In this document: positions 1-9,351 of the stretch, in pieces
How positions within the stretch are numbered: position 1 is the first letter of the stretch
How the letters are laid out: each line of letters starts with the position of its first letter
Source: an uncultured Ignavibacteria bacterium
Lineage (GTDB): Bacteria > Bacteroidota > Ignavibacteria > Kapaibacteriales > UBA2268
Direction of reading: 5' to 3'
DNA length: 64,000 bases
Assembly: GCA_903862655.1 (NCBI GenBank)
Contig: CAIOZA010000139.1
Coordinates: 15,311 to 79,310 of the forward strand
Program-made: the position numbers and the translations under genes
The notes under the pieces: model-generated
Seen by the model: only the letters and a program-made list of their open reading frames with translations
Databases searched by the model: none
What the model was told of the DNA's origin: nothing

Positions 1-1388
1 GCGGCTGTGGCTAAAGCCTGAATAGTAAACAGGCTACCTCCGTCCCCAGAAAAGCCGATCACAGTCTTATCCGGATTTGCAAGTTTCATTCCGATTGCTC
101 CGGGGAAGCCTGTTCCAAGTGATCCGCCCCTAGTCTGCATGTAATGTCCCGGGTATTTTGGTGGAATGTATCTTGTAAGATCAGGTGATGCTGTTAAAGC
201 CTCATCAAAAATCATCACATCATCAGGAACATGTTTCGAAAGTTCCTTCATAAACGCAGAAGGATGTAAAGGAATTGAATTCTCAAATTGAATATCCCTT
301 TGTTTGTCGCTTATGGTTTCATCCTCTTTGAGTTTTTTCAAGCCATTGAATCTAACCGATGCTTTTTCAATCTGGTCAGCATTAGCTGAATTTTTAATCT
401 CAGTAATTAATTCTGAAAGAGCAAGCTTAGGATCTGCTGTAATACCATAATCTACTCGGTGATTTTTTGCAATTTCATAAGAATTCAGATCAATATGAAA
501 TACTCTTGCATCTGGACTGTAAATATCTCCCAAATCCGGATATACTTCTGGCACCATATATGTACCCAAAATTAAAATAGCATCACCTTTTTGGGTTATG
601 GGTTTTGATTGGAAACCGAACATATGTCCTGTACCTCCCCGATAGCAGGGATGAGAATGATCCATATTAAGCTCACCAGAATCAACATCATAAACCTCAG
701 CACCAAGCATACCAGCAACTGTTGTTAGTTCAGTTTCAGCAGATGAGTAGGCTATTCCGTCACCAATAAAAATTGTTGGATTTTTAGCATTTAATAAAGT
801 AACAGCTAATTTTTGAATAAATTCGGAATTTGGATAGACTTTTGTTGATAGGATTGAAGTTGGGAACAAACTTTCCTCATTTATTTCATCCATCACATCT
901 GCGGGCAGACAAACATAAACTGGTCCCATTGGAGGAGTTGAAGCAATTTTAATAGCCTTACGCAGAGTTCTTAGTAAATTTTTTGAGCTATAAACGCAAG
1001 TAGCAAATTTTGTTACTGGTTCCATCATAGCAATAAGGTCAGCCGACATTTGGGCATCCATATTAAAATACTTCAATCCTGCATCACCTGCAATCACTAC
1101 TAATGGAGAATGCCCTCTTTTTGCCTGATATAAAGCACCAACACCATTCCCAATTCCGGGGGAACTGTGTAACTGGACAAGAGTCGGGCTCTGTGTTGCA
1201 CGGGCATATCCGTCAGCCATCATGACAGCTATGCTTTCCTGCAAAGAAAGTATATACTTCATTTCAGGATACAAAGATAAAGCATCTAGTATCCCTTGTT
1301 CGACGGTTCCAGGACAGCCGAACATAACATTTATTCCGTCGAGCAGTAATTGCTCAATGACTTTTTGATTACCTGTTTTACCAGCCAT
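1..1388 (-). CDS. thiamine-pyrophosphate-dependent enzyme (acetolactate synthase / benzoylformate decarboxylase family); C-terminus runs off the window
   Basis: Own translation of the minus strand from ATG at 1386-1388 gives MAGKTGNQKVIEQLLLDGINVMFGCPGTVEQ... The frame stays open to position 1 and includes a TPP-binding GDGG-type motif (GFSGDGGSLF). It is absent from the ORF track because no stop lies in the window. It overlaps the stop of the upstream gene by 11 nt. Confidence 0.75.
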   Translation of the reverse strand, partial: MAGKTGNQKVIEQLLLDGINVMFGCPGTVEQGILDALSLYPEMKYILSLQESIAVMMADGYARATQSPTLVQLHSSPGIGNGVGALYQAKRGHSPLVVIAGDAGLKYFNMDAQMSADLIAMMEPVTKFATCVYSSKNLLRTLRKAIKIASTPPMGPVYVCLPADVMDEINEESLFPTSILSTKVYPNSEFIQKLAVTLLNAKNPTIFIGDGIAYSSAETELTTVAGMLGAEVYDVDSGELNMDHSHPCYRGGTGHMFGFQSKPITQKGDAILILGTYMVPEVYPDLGDIYSPDARVFHIDLNSYEIAKNHRVDYGITADPKLALSELITEIKNSANADQIEKASVRFNGLKKLKEDETISDKQRDIQFENSIPLHPSAFMKELSKHVPDDVMIFDEALTASPDLTRYIPPKYPGHYMQTRGGSLGTGFPGAIGMKLANPDKTVIGFSGDGGSLFTIQALATA

Positions 1389-2202
1389 ATCTTTTAAGCC
1401 CTTTGTCTAGAACTTCAACAAATTTATCTCCCATTTCGAAAGAGCATTGAAGTGATCGGGCTGTGATAAAGGGATAGTCAACTATAACGGAAGTTTCCTT
1501 GCCAAAATTTCCATGATACTGACCATTTGGACCTACTGCATCAGTAAGCATATACTCAAGAACATAAGGTGGAGGTCCAATATTAAAATCTGTATGAAGG
1601 AAACCAGTTCCATCATGATAATCATATTCAATACAATGACCAGTAACGTGTTTCCCATTGATTATGCTTTTTCGTTCGTTGAAATCGCGAGCAAAAACAA
1701 GGCATGCAACTCCGTAGCAAATAGCTCCGATCGGTAAGTCTGCTTTTTTAAAGCCAAGAATTAGTTCATGTAAACGCTGATTGTTTACCATGTCAACTAT
1801 CGGACCGCTGCCACCAACAAGGAACAATGCATCGTACTCATCAGTCAGTTTTGCTATGCTTTCATTAACTTTAACATAGTATGCTTCGAGCTCTCTTAGA
1901 AAGTTCTGTTTGCTGTGATACGGCCTTTCAGGGATATAGTCTGACATATTCCTGCATTCATCCAATCTGTTGGTAGCTTCGAATTCTTTAACCATTTTTT
2001 CGGCTAAAGGAGTAGTAACGCATACTCCAAGAGGTGGATCAATGTAGGTAGAGTCATAACTGGGAGGCAAAGCTTCTGATTTTTTGCCATGAGTGGTCAT
2101 AAATTCAACTTTGTGGCCAGCTGCTTCGAGTTTGGATAATGGACCAACAAGTTCAATGCCCCAATATCCATATTCGGATAGAATAGCTAATATTTTTTTC
2201 AC
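1378..2202 (-). CDS. DJ-1/PfpI-family (class I glutamine amidotransferase-like) protein
   Basis: 274-aa ORF with a nucleophile-elbow motif (PIGAICYGVACLV) and a Rossmann-like N-terminus (MKKILAILSEYGYWGIE). Overlaps the downstream TPP enzyme, so an operon is likely. Confidence 0.7.
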   Translation of the reverse strand: MKKILAILSEYGYWGIELVGPLSKLEAAGHKVEFMTTHGKKSEALPPSYDSTYIDPPLGVCVTTPLAEKMVKEFEATNRLDECRNMSDYIPERPYHSKQNFLRELEAYYVKVNESIAKLTDEYDALFLVGGSGPIVDMVNNQRLHELILGFKKADLPIGAICYGVACLVFARDFNERKSIINGKHVTGHCIEYDYHDGTGFLHTDFNIGPPPYVLEYMLTDAVGPNGQYHGNFGKETSVIVDYPFITARSLQCSFEMGDKFVEVLDKGLKRYGW

Positions 2203-2566
2203 ACAGAATCCCCTATTTATTATGAATTTATATTAATAGTAATTTTTGATCGCTTATTAGATAATATTTACATATTACATCAATAAAATTAAAACTATAA
2301 ACAGGAATGAGCACAAAAATAATCTTTTAACAAGTCATGTACTTATACCCAAATATATGCTCTTGTAATTGTATAAAGTTAGAATAGCTGTAAATATATT
2401 AACAACTACTCCCTTGTCTGCAACTTAATAATTAATTATTTTTAAACCAAGATTAATTTTTGATATTATGTATTCAAATGTTGGTAGTGCGACAATTGGG
2501 GTAACTATTGAGTGTCCCACTATTTGGGGATACTCCAAGTCGAGTTCAAATAAAACGGGTTGTGAT

Positions 2567-4591
2567 CTATTTGGGCAGGGTAAAGAAAAATGTACTTCCC
2601 TTGCCTTCTTCACTTTCTGCCAAAATCTTACCGCCATGCTTTTCGATAAACTCTTTGCAAAGTATCAGACCTAGTCCTGTGCTTGGTTCACCATCGGTTC
2701 CCAGAGAATTTACATTACCGTCTAGTTTGAATACATTCTCCAAGGTTTCCGGATTCATGCCAATTCCGTTGTCCTTAACGTAGATACTTGTAACATGGTG
2801 TGCTCCATCTTGGGTGTTGAGTTCATCTGTAGCAGCACCAATCTCAATTCTTCCACCTCGAGGAGTGAATTTAATCGCATTGGAAATTAAATTCCTAAGA
2901 ACCGTATTGATCATCTGTAAATCGGCAAATACTTCAATATCAGCCGGTAAATTAATCAATATCTCTATCTGTTTCTTATCGGCTATTTCATTTTCGACCT
3001 TGAGATTTTCCTTGAGTATGGGCAAAAGCATATATTTTTTTGGATGAAATTTCTTTACACCTCTTTGCACCAAAGACCAATCAAGAAGATTTTCGAGAAG
3101 TTTGTATAAATTAGAAGCGGAATGTTGCATTTTTTGAGCATATAACTGGATCTCAGATAATTTGAAGTTTGGAAGGTCTTCTGCCATTAATTTGGTTAGA
3201 CCAAGAAAACCGTTGAATGGCGAACGCAAGTCGTGTGCAATAATTGAGAAGAATCTGTCTTTTGTCTGGTTGAGCTCGGCTAGTTCAATCATATTTTGGT
3301 TGATTAATTCTTCAGCTTTATTGCGTTCGGTAATATCAACAGAGTTGACAAGTACCAAAGTCACTCTTCCGGTCTCATCCATAATTGGATTCGCTCTTCC
3401 CAGGAAATGAAGAGTCTTATCGGCTAAAGGAACATCAATTTCAAAAGTACTACTTTCTGAGGTTTCAAACACTCTGCTTGTAATTGCCTGACGTTTGTCG
3501 GCATCTTCTTTAGAATAAATATCCCAATATGTTTTACCGATTAAATCCTCTGGGTTTTTATTAAAACTCGAAGCAAATATTTTGTTAGTAAACTGATAAA
3601 CCCCTTGTTGGTCCACGCAGAAAATAACTTCGGAAGAGTTATCAATGAGTGAACGGTATTTCATTTCACTTTTTCGTAGTGATTCCTCAGCGTGTTTGCG
3701 TTCTGAAATATCGATCAAAATACTTGTTATAATATCGTTACTCAAGCTGGCACTTATTAAAACGACTTTTTCTTCATTCTTGGCAGTAAGTATAGTAAGT
3801 TCAATATCTTCAATTCTTTTGCCCAGTTTCATTAATTTAAGAAATTGATCTCTTTGTTCGGGATATTTATATCTTAATATTGAACTTTGCTTCATTAAGT
3901 CTTGTGCGGAATCGAAACCTATCATATTGACTAAGGCTTCATTGGCATATAAAATTTCACCATCAAGCCTACTGCACATTATTCCAACTATAGAATTATC
4001 AACAATATTCCGATATTTTTCTTCACTTTCCTTTAAATCCAATTCAGCTTGTTTGCGTTCCGAAATATCGACAATCGATAATTGGCACTGGTCACAATTC
4101 CCGGAAATTATTCCGTCAATACGCACAAATATTTGGAGTTTATCCTCAGTTTCAAGAGTAACTTCGCATGATTTTTTTGATTGACTTTCGAATACTTTAT
4201 CCAGAAATTTGCTGAATTCCGTTTTGAAATCATCGGAGACATAAATAGAAAAGTGGTTGCTAATTAAATATGAACGCTCTTTGCCGAGCATTTTAGTGGC
4301 ACTGAGATTAAGTTTGATGATGTTACCGTCTCGGGAAAGAGTAATATAGCCGTTTGGAGCGAAATCATACAATTCAACATAAAGATCTTTTGCCATCACG
4401 GCTTCTTCATTGGCCATCATGAGCTCTTCATTTTGCATTTCGAGCTCAATCTGATGCACTTCAAGTTCGTGTATTAGTTCGAGGATTTCGACTTCAGACA
4501 GTGCAGTTTCAGGTTTTGATGATTTACTATTTAAAATCTCAATCGCTTTCTGCCGAAGTTTTCCGGCTTCTGATTTGCGTTCTTTTTCCAT
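2567..4591 (-). CDS. multi-PAS sensor histidine kinase (HK paralog 1)
   Basis: N-terminal coiled-coil motif ELEVHQIELEMQNEEL, several PAS-like segments each ending in DISERK, H-box FFSIIAHDLRSPF, and an ATPase G-boxes region (DNGIGM, STGLGL). No receiver domain. Confidence 0.9.
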   Translation of the reverse strand: MEKERKSEAGKLRQKAIEILNSKSSKPETALSEVEILELIHELEVHQIELEMQNEELMMANEEAVMAKDLYVELYDFAPNGYITLSRDGNIIKLNLSATKMLGKERSYLISNHFSIYVSDDFKTEFSKFLDKVFESQSKKSCEVTLETEDKLQIFVRIDGIISGNCDQCQLSIVDISERKQAELDLKESEEKYRNIVDNSIVGIMCSRLDGEILYANEALVNMIGFDSAQDLMKQSSILRYKYPEQRDQFLKLMKLGKRIEDIELTILTAKNEEKVVLISASLSNDIITSILIDISERKHAEESLRKSEMKYRSLIDNSSEVIFCVDQQGVYQFTNKIFASSFNKNPEDLIGKTYWDIYSKEDADKRQAITSRVFETSESSTFEIDVPLADKTLHFLGRANPIMDETGRVTLVLVNSVDITERNKAEELINQNMIELAELNQTKDRFFSIIAHDLRSPFNGFLGLTKLMAEDLPNFKLSEIQLYAQKMQHSASNLYKLLENLLDWSLVQRGVKKFHPKKYMLLPILKENLKVENEIADKKQIEILINLPADIEVFADLQMINTVLRNLISNAIKFTPRGGRIEIGAATDELNTQDGAHHVTSIYVKDNGIGMNPETLENVFKLDGNVNSLGTDGEPSTGLGLILCKEFIEKHGGKILAESEEGKGSTFFFTLPK

Positions 4592-4818
4592 AGTAATATT
4601 TGCATTTCAGCCACGAATATGGTTATGAGTCTTTTTAACTCAATTAATTGTCAGCAAAAAAAACAAAATTCAAAGGCTCTACAAAATAAATACAAAATAT
4701 ATTATTCTGCTCCACAATATACAAAGTAGTGCTAAAAGATACAAACATTTTTTTTATTAAATATTTCTTCAGCTCTTTCAATTAATTAGTACAGGCTGGG
4801 TGCTGAACAAAGAAAATA

Positions 4819-4884
4819 GATTCGCTTCGCAGGTCTCCGACACCTGCATTAGCTTTGCTTTTACTGGGTGATCGCAGGAATGGA
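4819..4884. repeat. partial copy of intergenic repeat family R1 (right half)
   Basis: cctgcattagctttgcttttactgggtgatcgcaggaatgga aligns with cctgcattagcttcgcttctacttcgtggtcgcaggaatgac at 61426-61468 and with the copy at 52450-52495. Confidence 0.6.
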
Positions 4885-4913
4885 CATTCACTGCGACCAG
4901 ATATCCTGTGGGT

Positions 4914-6518
4914 TTAGCTCAGTGGGGTTGGAACCTGTTTCGGCAACGTAAAATAGAATGTTGTGCCTTTTTCGACTTCGCTCTCAGCCCAGATTCTGCC
5001 ACCATGCTTAACGATAAACTCCTTGCAAAGCAAAAGTCCCAATCCTGTGCTAAGCTCTTTCTCGGTGCCCGGACGTTTTACCTTTTCGCCGGGTTTGAAT
5101 AATTTCCCCAATCTATCGGCATCCATTCCAATGCCATTGTCCTTGACGTAGAAGCAATCTACGGATATCTCCGCATCGGCAGTTGGTTTTACCATTCCTA
5201 ACTCAATTTCTCCGCCGCGGCGTGTAAATTTAATAGCATTTAAAATTAAATTTCTTAAAATAGTATTCATCATCTGATAATCTGCAATTATTTCAATTTC
5301 CTCCGGTATGCTAATATTCAACTCAATATCCTTTTGCTTTGCCATTTCAAGCTCAATTATTAAATCTTGTTTGATAATCGATAAGAAATTTTGTGGTTTA
5401 GGCTCAAAATTTGATAAACCTCCCTGCACGAGTGACCAGGATAGTAGATTCTCCAGAAGTTTGAATGAATTTGTAGCTGAGTTAAACATTGCTTGAATAC
5501 TTAATTTTATATCTTTCATTTCCATACCGTCCAGATGGTCTGTCATCATGCCGGTAAGGCTGACGAATCCTCCGAAAGGTGAGCGTAAGTCGTGAGCTAA
5601 CAGTGAAAAGAACTTATCCTTTTCGGCATTAATTTGTGCCAATATTTGTTTGGCTTCAGTAAGTTCTTCAATAACGATACTCTTTTGAAATGAATTCACT
5701 TCTATGATTTCGTTAGCTTGCATTAATGAATCCAGCAATTTGTGCTGTTCTTCTTCGGCTTCTTCTTTGGCTAGTATATGTGCAATCATCGGCTTGTGCA
5801 CATAATAATAAGCTAACGGCATTAGAATTAACACTAATACCATTGAGTCCATCAGAATCTCTATCCATTCAACCTGGTGACCAATAAAATGAAAGAACAA
5901 CATCACCAATGACTCTGTGAAGAATATGCCTAAAGCTAAAATCAAAACTATTTGCCAGGGTGGAATTCTTTTGAATGATTTAAGTTTTTTCTCAAGATAA
6001 ATATTTTTCTTGTTAGCAAATTCTGCTTGTTCTTTTGCCAGTTTCCTTTCGGAGATATCGCGAACAATACCAACTGAATGCCATTTCTCGTTAATTCTTA
6101 CTGATGACAATGAAAGTTCAACTTCGATTTCCTGTCCACTTTTAGTTATGGCACTCACTTCAATTGTTTTTCCGATTGCAGCACCCTTACCTGTTTTTTG
6201 GAATTCAGGGAAGGCAGCATGATGAGCAGGATGAAACCGTTGTGGCACTATCAGCTCGGGTATATTTTTATTTATAGCTTCTGCCGATGAATATCCAAAT
6301 AATTTTTCGGCTGCCGGATTCCAAAAAGTAATTATACCAAGGTCATCCATCATAAGAATAGCATCCTTGGCAGAATCAGTTAAAGCACTCATCATAACTC
6401 CACTCTCACGCAATGCCATTTCTGTAAGATTGCGTTCATCTACATCATTTTGATAGGCAATTTTCAAATTCTGCAACTCTGCTAAAAGTTCTTCTTTTGA
6501 GCTTTCTATATTATTCAT
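4914..6518 (-). CDS. PAS / transmembrane sensor histidine kinase (HK paralog 2)
   Basis: N-terminal PAS domain (ILMMDDLGIITFWNPAAEKLFGY), then two hydrophobic helices (WQIVLILALGIFFTESLVMLFF, MDSMVLVLILMPLAYYYV), an H-box FFSLLAHDLRSPF and an HATPase core. Confidence 0.9.
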   Translation of the reverse strand: MNNIESSKEELLAELQNLKIAYQNDVDERNLTEMALRESGVMMSALTDSAKDAILMMDDLGIITFWNPAAEKLFGYSSAEAINKNIPELIVPQRFHPAHHAAFPEFQKTGKGAAIGKTIEVSAITKSGQEIEVELSLSSVRINEKWHSVGIVRDISERKLAKEQAEFANKKNIYLEKKLKSFKRIPPWQIVLILALGIFFTESLVMLFFHFIGHQVEWIEILMDSMVLVLILMPLAYYYVHKPMIAHILAKEEAEEEQHKLLDSLMQANEIIEVNSFQKSIVIEELTEAKQILAQINAEKDKFFSLLAHDLRSPFGGFVSLTGMMTDHLDGMEMKDIKLSIQAMFNSATNSFKLLENLLSWSLVQGGLSNFEPKPQNFLSIIKQDLIIELEMAKQKDIELNISIPEEIEIIADYQMMNTILRNLILNAIKFTRRGGEIELGMVKPTADAEISVDCFYVKDNGIGMDADRLGKLFKPGEKVKRPGTEKELSTGLGLLLCKEFIVKHGGRIWAESEVEKGTTFYFTLPKQVPTPLS

Positions 6519-6544
6519 TATATCCTTTCAAGTTTATATCTTTC

Positions 6545-7828
6545 CTAATTTTCTATTTCATTCACTTCTGGCAATGTAAAATAGAATGTACTTCCCTTGC
6601 CTTCTACGCTATCAGCCCAGATTTTACCCTTGTGCATGTCAATAAACTCTTTGCAGACCAAAAGCCCCAATCCTGTGCTAAGTTCCTTTTCGGTGCCGGG
6701 GCGCTTTACAACTTGATTAATTTGGAATAATCTTTCTAATATGTCTTCACTCATGCCTATACCGTTATCCTTTACGTAGAAACAGTGACTCTGGAGCATA
6801 CTAACATAGCCTATCTCGACTTTTTCGCCTCTGGGAGAAAACTTAATAGCATTTGTTATCAGATTCCTTAGCACGGTGTTAATCATTTGAAAATCGGCAA
6901 CAATTTCTATGTCATCCGGTATATTGATAGTAAGCTCGATATCCTTTACTTTGGCAGATTCGCCTTCGGCGATAAGACTTTCGCTAATTACTGACGATAA
7001 CTTACATGGCTTTGGGTTGAATATTATTAATCCCCGCTGCAATTGCGACCATTCGAGTAAATTCTCCAGAAGTTTGTATAAGTTAGTTGCAGAATGGAAA
7101 ATTGTTTTGGTGTAAGCTTTCAAATCTCCCATTTTCAAATGCTGAATGTTCTCAGCCATTCCTTGGGTTAAGTTGATGAACCCACCCATTGGTGATCGCA
7201 AGTCATGAGCAATAATGGAGAAGAATTTGTCTTTTGAGGCATTAAGATTAGCTAATTCGATATTTTTTTGTTTGATCAATTGCTCGGTTTCTTTGAGGTC
7301 TGTTATGTCGATTATGCTTAGCAAGCAATCCTCATTGTTGCCGGCTCTGATACCTTCTATCAAGACATATTTATCAGATTGACTGCCGGACCTGATAATA
7401 AATTCTCCTGAAGACTTGCCTGCATTCATTAGCAATCTATCGAAGTATTCCACGAAAGCAATTCGTTGTTCAGGAAGAACATACATGTTAAAATTTTGGT
7501 TGACCAAATCTGACCTGTTTTTGTCCAGCATTTTCGTAGCTTTAATGTTCAACCTTTTGATAAGACAATTAGCAGAAAGTGTAATATATGCTGTAGGAGC
7601 AAAATCATACAATTCTAAATACTCATCTCTGGCTTTTACTGCATCTTCCCGAGAATTAAGAAGCTCATGATTCTGAATATCCAATTCGATTTGGTGAACT
7701 TCAAGCTCATAAATCAACTTTAAGTTATCAGCAGGAAGCCTTTTTGAAGAATTGTGCACGAGTTCTGATAAAACTTTTTCAGCTTTTTCGCGCAAGGGAT
7801 TGTTTTCTGATTGATTGTCCTGTTTCAT
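6545..7828 (-). CDS. PAS sensor histidine kinase (HK paralog 3)
   Basis: Same architecture as paralogs 1 and 4 (YELEVHQIELDIQNHEL, FFSIIAHDLRSPM). I chose the ATG at 7826-7828 (MKQDNQSENNPLREKAEK) because it aligns with the N-termini of the paralogs. The track start at 7879 is a TTG. Confidence 0.85.
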   Translation of the reverse strand: MKQDNQSENNPLREKAEKVLSELVHNSSKRLPADNLKLIYELEVHQIELDIQNHELLNSREDAVKARDEYLELYDFAPTAYITLSANCLIKRLNIKATKMLDKNRSDLVNQNFNMYVLPEQRIAFVEYFDRLLMNAGKSSGEFIIRSGSQSDKYVLIEGIRAGNNEDCLLSIIDITDLKETEQLIKQKNIELANLNASKDKFFSIIAHDLRSPMGGFINLTQGMAENIQHLKMGDLKAYTKTIFHSATNLYKLLENLLEWSQLQRGLIIFNPKPCKLSSVISESLIAEGESAKVKDIELTINIPDDIEIVADFQMINTVLRNLITNAIKFSPRGEKVEIGYVSMLQSHCFYVKDNGIGMSEDILERLFQINQVVKRPGTEKELSTGLGLLVCKEFIDMHKGKIWADSVEGKGSTFYFTLPEVNEIEN

Positions 7829-7932
7829 AAAAATTATCTCGGAATATATTCTTGAGGGCAGATGCCCGTTGTGATTCAAATTTAGCTGCTTCGCAGCAAA
7901 GTTTCAATATGCAAGATGCTTAGAATTCGGAC

Positions 7933-9201
7933 CTATTCAGGCAAAGTAAAATAGAATGTGCTACCCTTGCCCGGTTCGCTTTCAGCCCAGATTTTACCGC
8001 CCTGTTTTTCGATAAATTCTTTGCAAAGCAGTAGCCCCAAGCCTGTACTTGACTCATTTTCGGTGCCGGGTCTTGAGACATTCCCATCAAGTTTGAATAT
8101 ATTTTCCAAAGATTCTGTGTCCATACCAATACCATTGTCTTTTATGTAGATACATTCTTCTGATGCCTTGTTAACTGTTCCAATTTCGATTCTGCCGCCT
8201 CTATTGGTAAACTTGATAGAGTTAGAAATTAAATTCCTTATTATTGTGTTAATCATTTGCAAATCGACGGTTACTTCAGTATCAGCCGAAATATTACTAA
8301 TCAGCTCTATCTCTTTTTGATTTGCAAGATCAAATTCGAATTTAAAATTGTCATCAATTATTTTACGAAGATTATATTTATCAGGATGTAATTTTGTTAA
8401 TCCGCGTTGCAATTGAGACCATTCAAGCAGATTCTCGAGAAGTTTAAATAAATTCTTTGCAGATTGATGCATTTTGCTGGCATAGGTTTGCAATTCGCAC
8501 ATTTTCAGATTTGGCATATCTTCGGACATCAATTTGCTCAAGCCAAGAAAGCCATTGAAGGGAGAACGCAGATCATGGGCAATTATACCGAAGAATTTAT
8601 CCTTGGAGGCATTGATCTTGATAAGTTCTTCGTTCTTTATCCTAATAGCTTCTTCAATCTGCTTTTGCTGCGTGATATCAACTAAAGACAATTCACACGA
8701 ATCATTCTTTCCCAGATAGATTCCTTCTATCAGCACAAATATTGCAGGAATATCATCATTTTCCAAAAAAACCTCACAGGCTTCTTTGGACTGACTTTCG
8801 AATACTCTTTCCAGAAATCTGCTGAATATAATCTTGTAATCCTTTGAAACATAAAGAGCAAAATGCTTGTTTTTTAATTGTGAACGGTCTTTGCCAAGTA
8901 TTTTAAATGCATTAATGTTCAATTCAAGAATTTTTCCATCTTTGGAGAGAGTAATATATCCTGAAGGTGCAAAGTCATACAATTCAAGATATTTATCTTT
9001 TACTAAGACAGCTTCTGCCCTGGCAAGGATGAGTTCTTCATTTTGCATTTCGAGCTCAATCTGGTGAACTTCAAGTTCGTAAACTAATTTGAATATGTCA
9101 GCTTCGGACAATTCATTGTTAAATCTAGACTGTTTCTTTGCCAAAGACTCTTCGGCTTTTTCGCGAAGTTCTTTTGCAGCGGTAATATCTTCTTGTTCCA
9201 T
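7933..9201 (-). CDS. PAS sensor histidine kinase (HK paralog 4)
   Basis: YELEVHQIELEMQNEEL, one PAS domain, H-box FFGIIAHDLRSPF and an HATPase core ending GSTFYFTLPE. Confidence 0.9.
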   Translation of the reverse strand: MEQEDITAAKELREKAEESLAKKQSRFNNELSEADIFKLVYELEVHQIELEMQNEELILARAEAVLVKDKYLELYDFAPSGYITLSKDGKILELNINAFKILGKDRSQLKNKHFALYVSKDYKIIFSRFLERVFESQSKEACEVFLENDDIPAIFVLIEGIYLGKNDSCELSLVDITQQKQIEEAIRIKNEELIKINASKDKFFGIIAHDLRSPFNGFLGLSKLMSEDMPNLKMCELQTYASKMHQSAKNLFKLLENLLEWSQLQRGLTKLHPDKYNLRKIIDDNFKFEFDLANQKEIELISNISADTEVTVDLQMINTIIRNLISNSIKFTNRGGRIEIGTVNKASEECIYIKDNGIGMDTESLENIFKLDGNVSRPGTENESSTGLGLLLCKEFIEKQGGKIWAESEPGKGSTFYFTLPE

Positions 9202-9351
9202 TAAATTGACCCTTAAATTATTTTTACTTGAGCAGATGTCCGAGATTATTCTAATTTCGTCACTTACTTTCGCTTAGAGTTCCATCCGGAAAAACTGATT
9301 ATTGTTTGACAAGCAAGGATGCATGTCCCACAAGAAAGACAATATGCTTGT

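Noticed and set aside
2468-2783. Plus-strand ORFs opposite the 3' ends of the histidine kinases. The track entries are 2508-2783, 4963-5151, 7958-8149 and, on the other strand, 30618-31061. They share peptides such as ILPPCFSINSLQS.
   Set aside because: They are mirror images of the conserved HATPase coding sequence on the opposite strand. Their apparent conservation is a by-product of kinase paralogy, so they are not genes.
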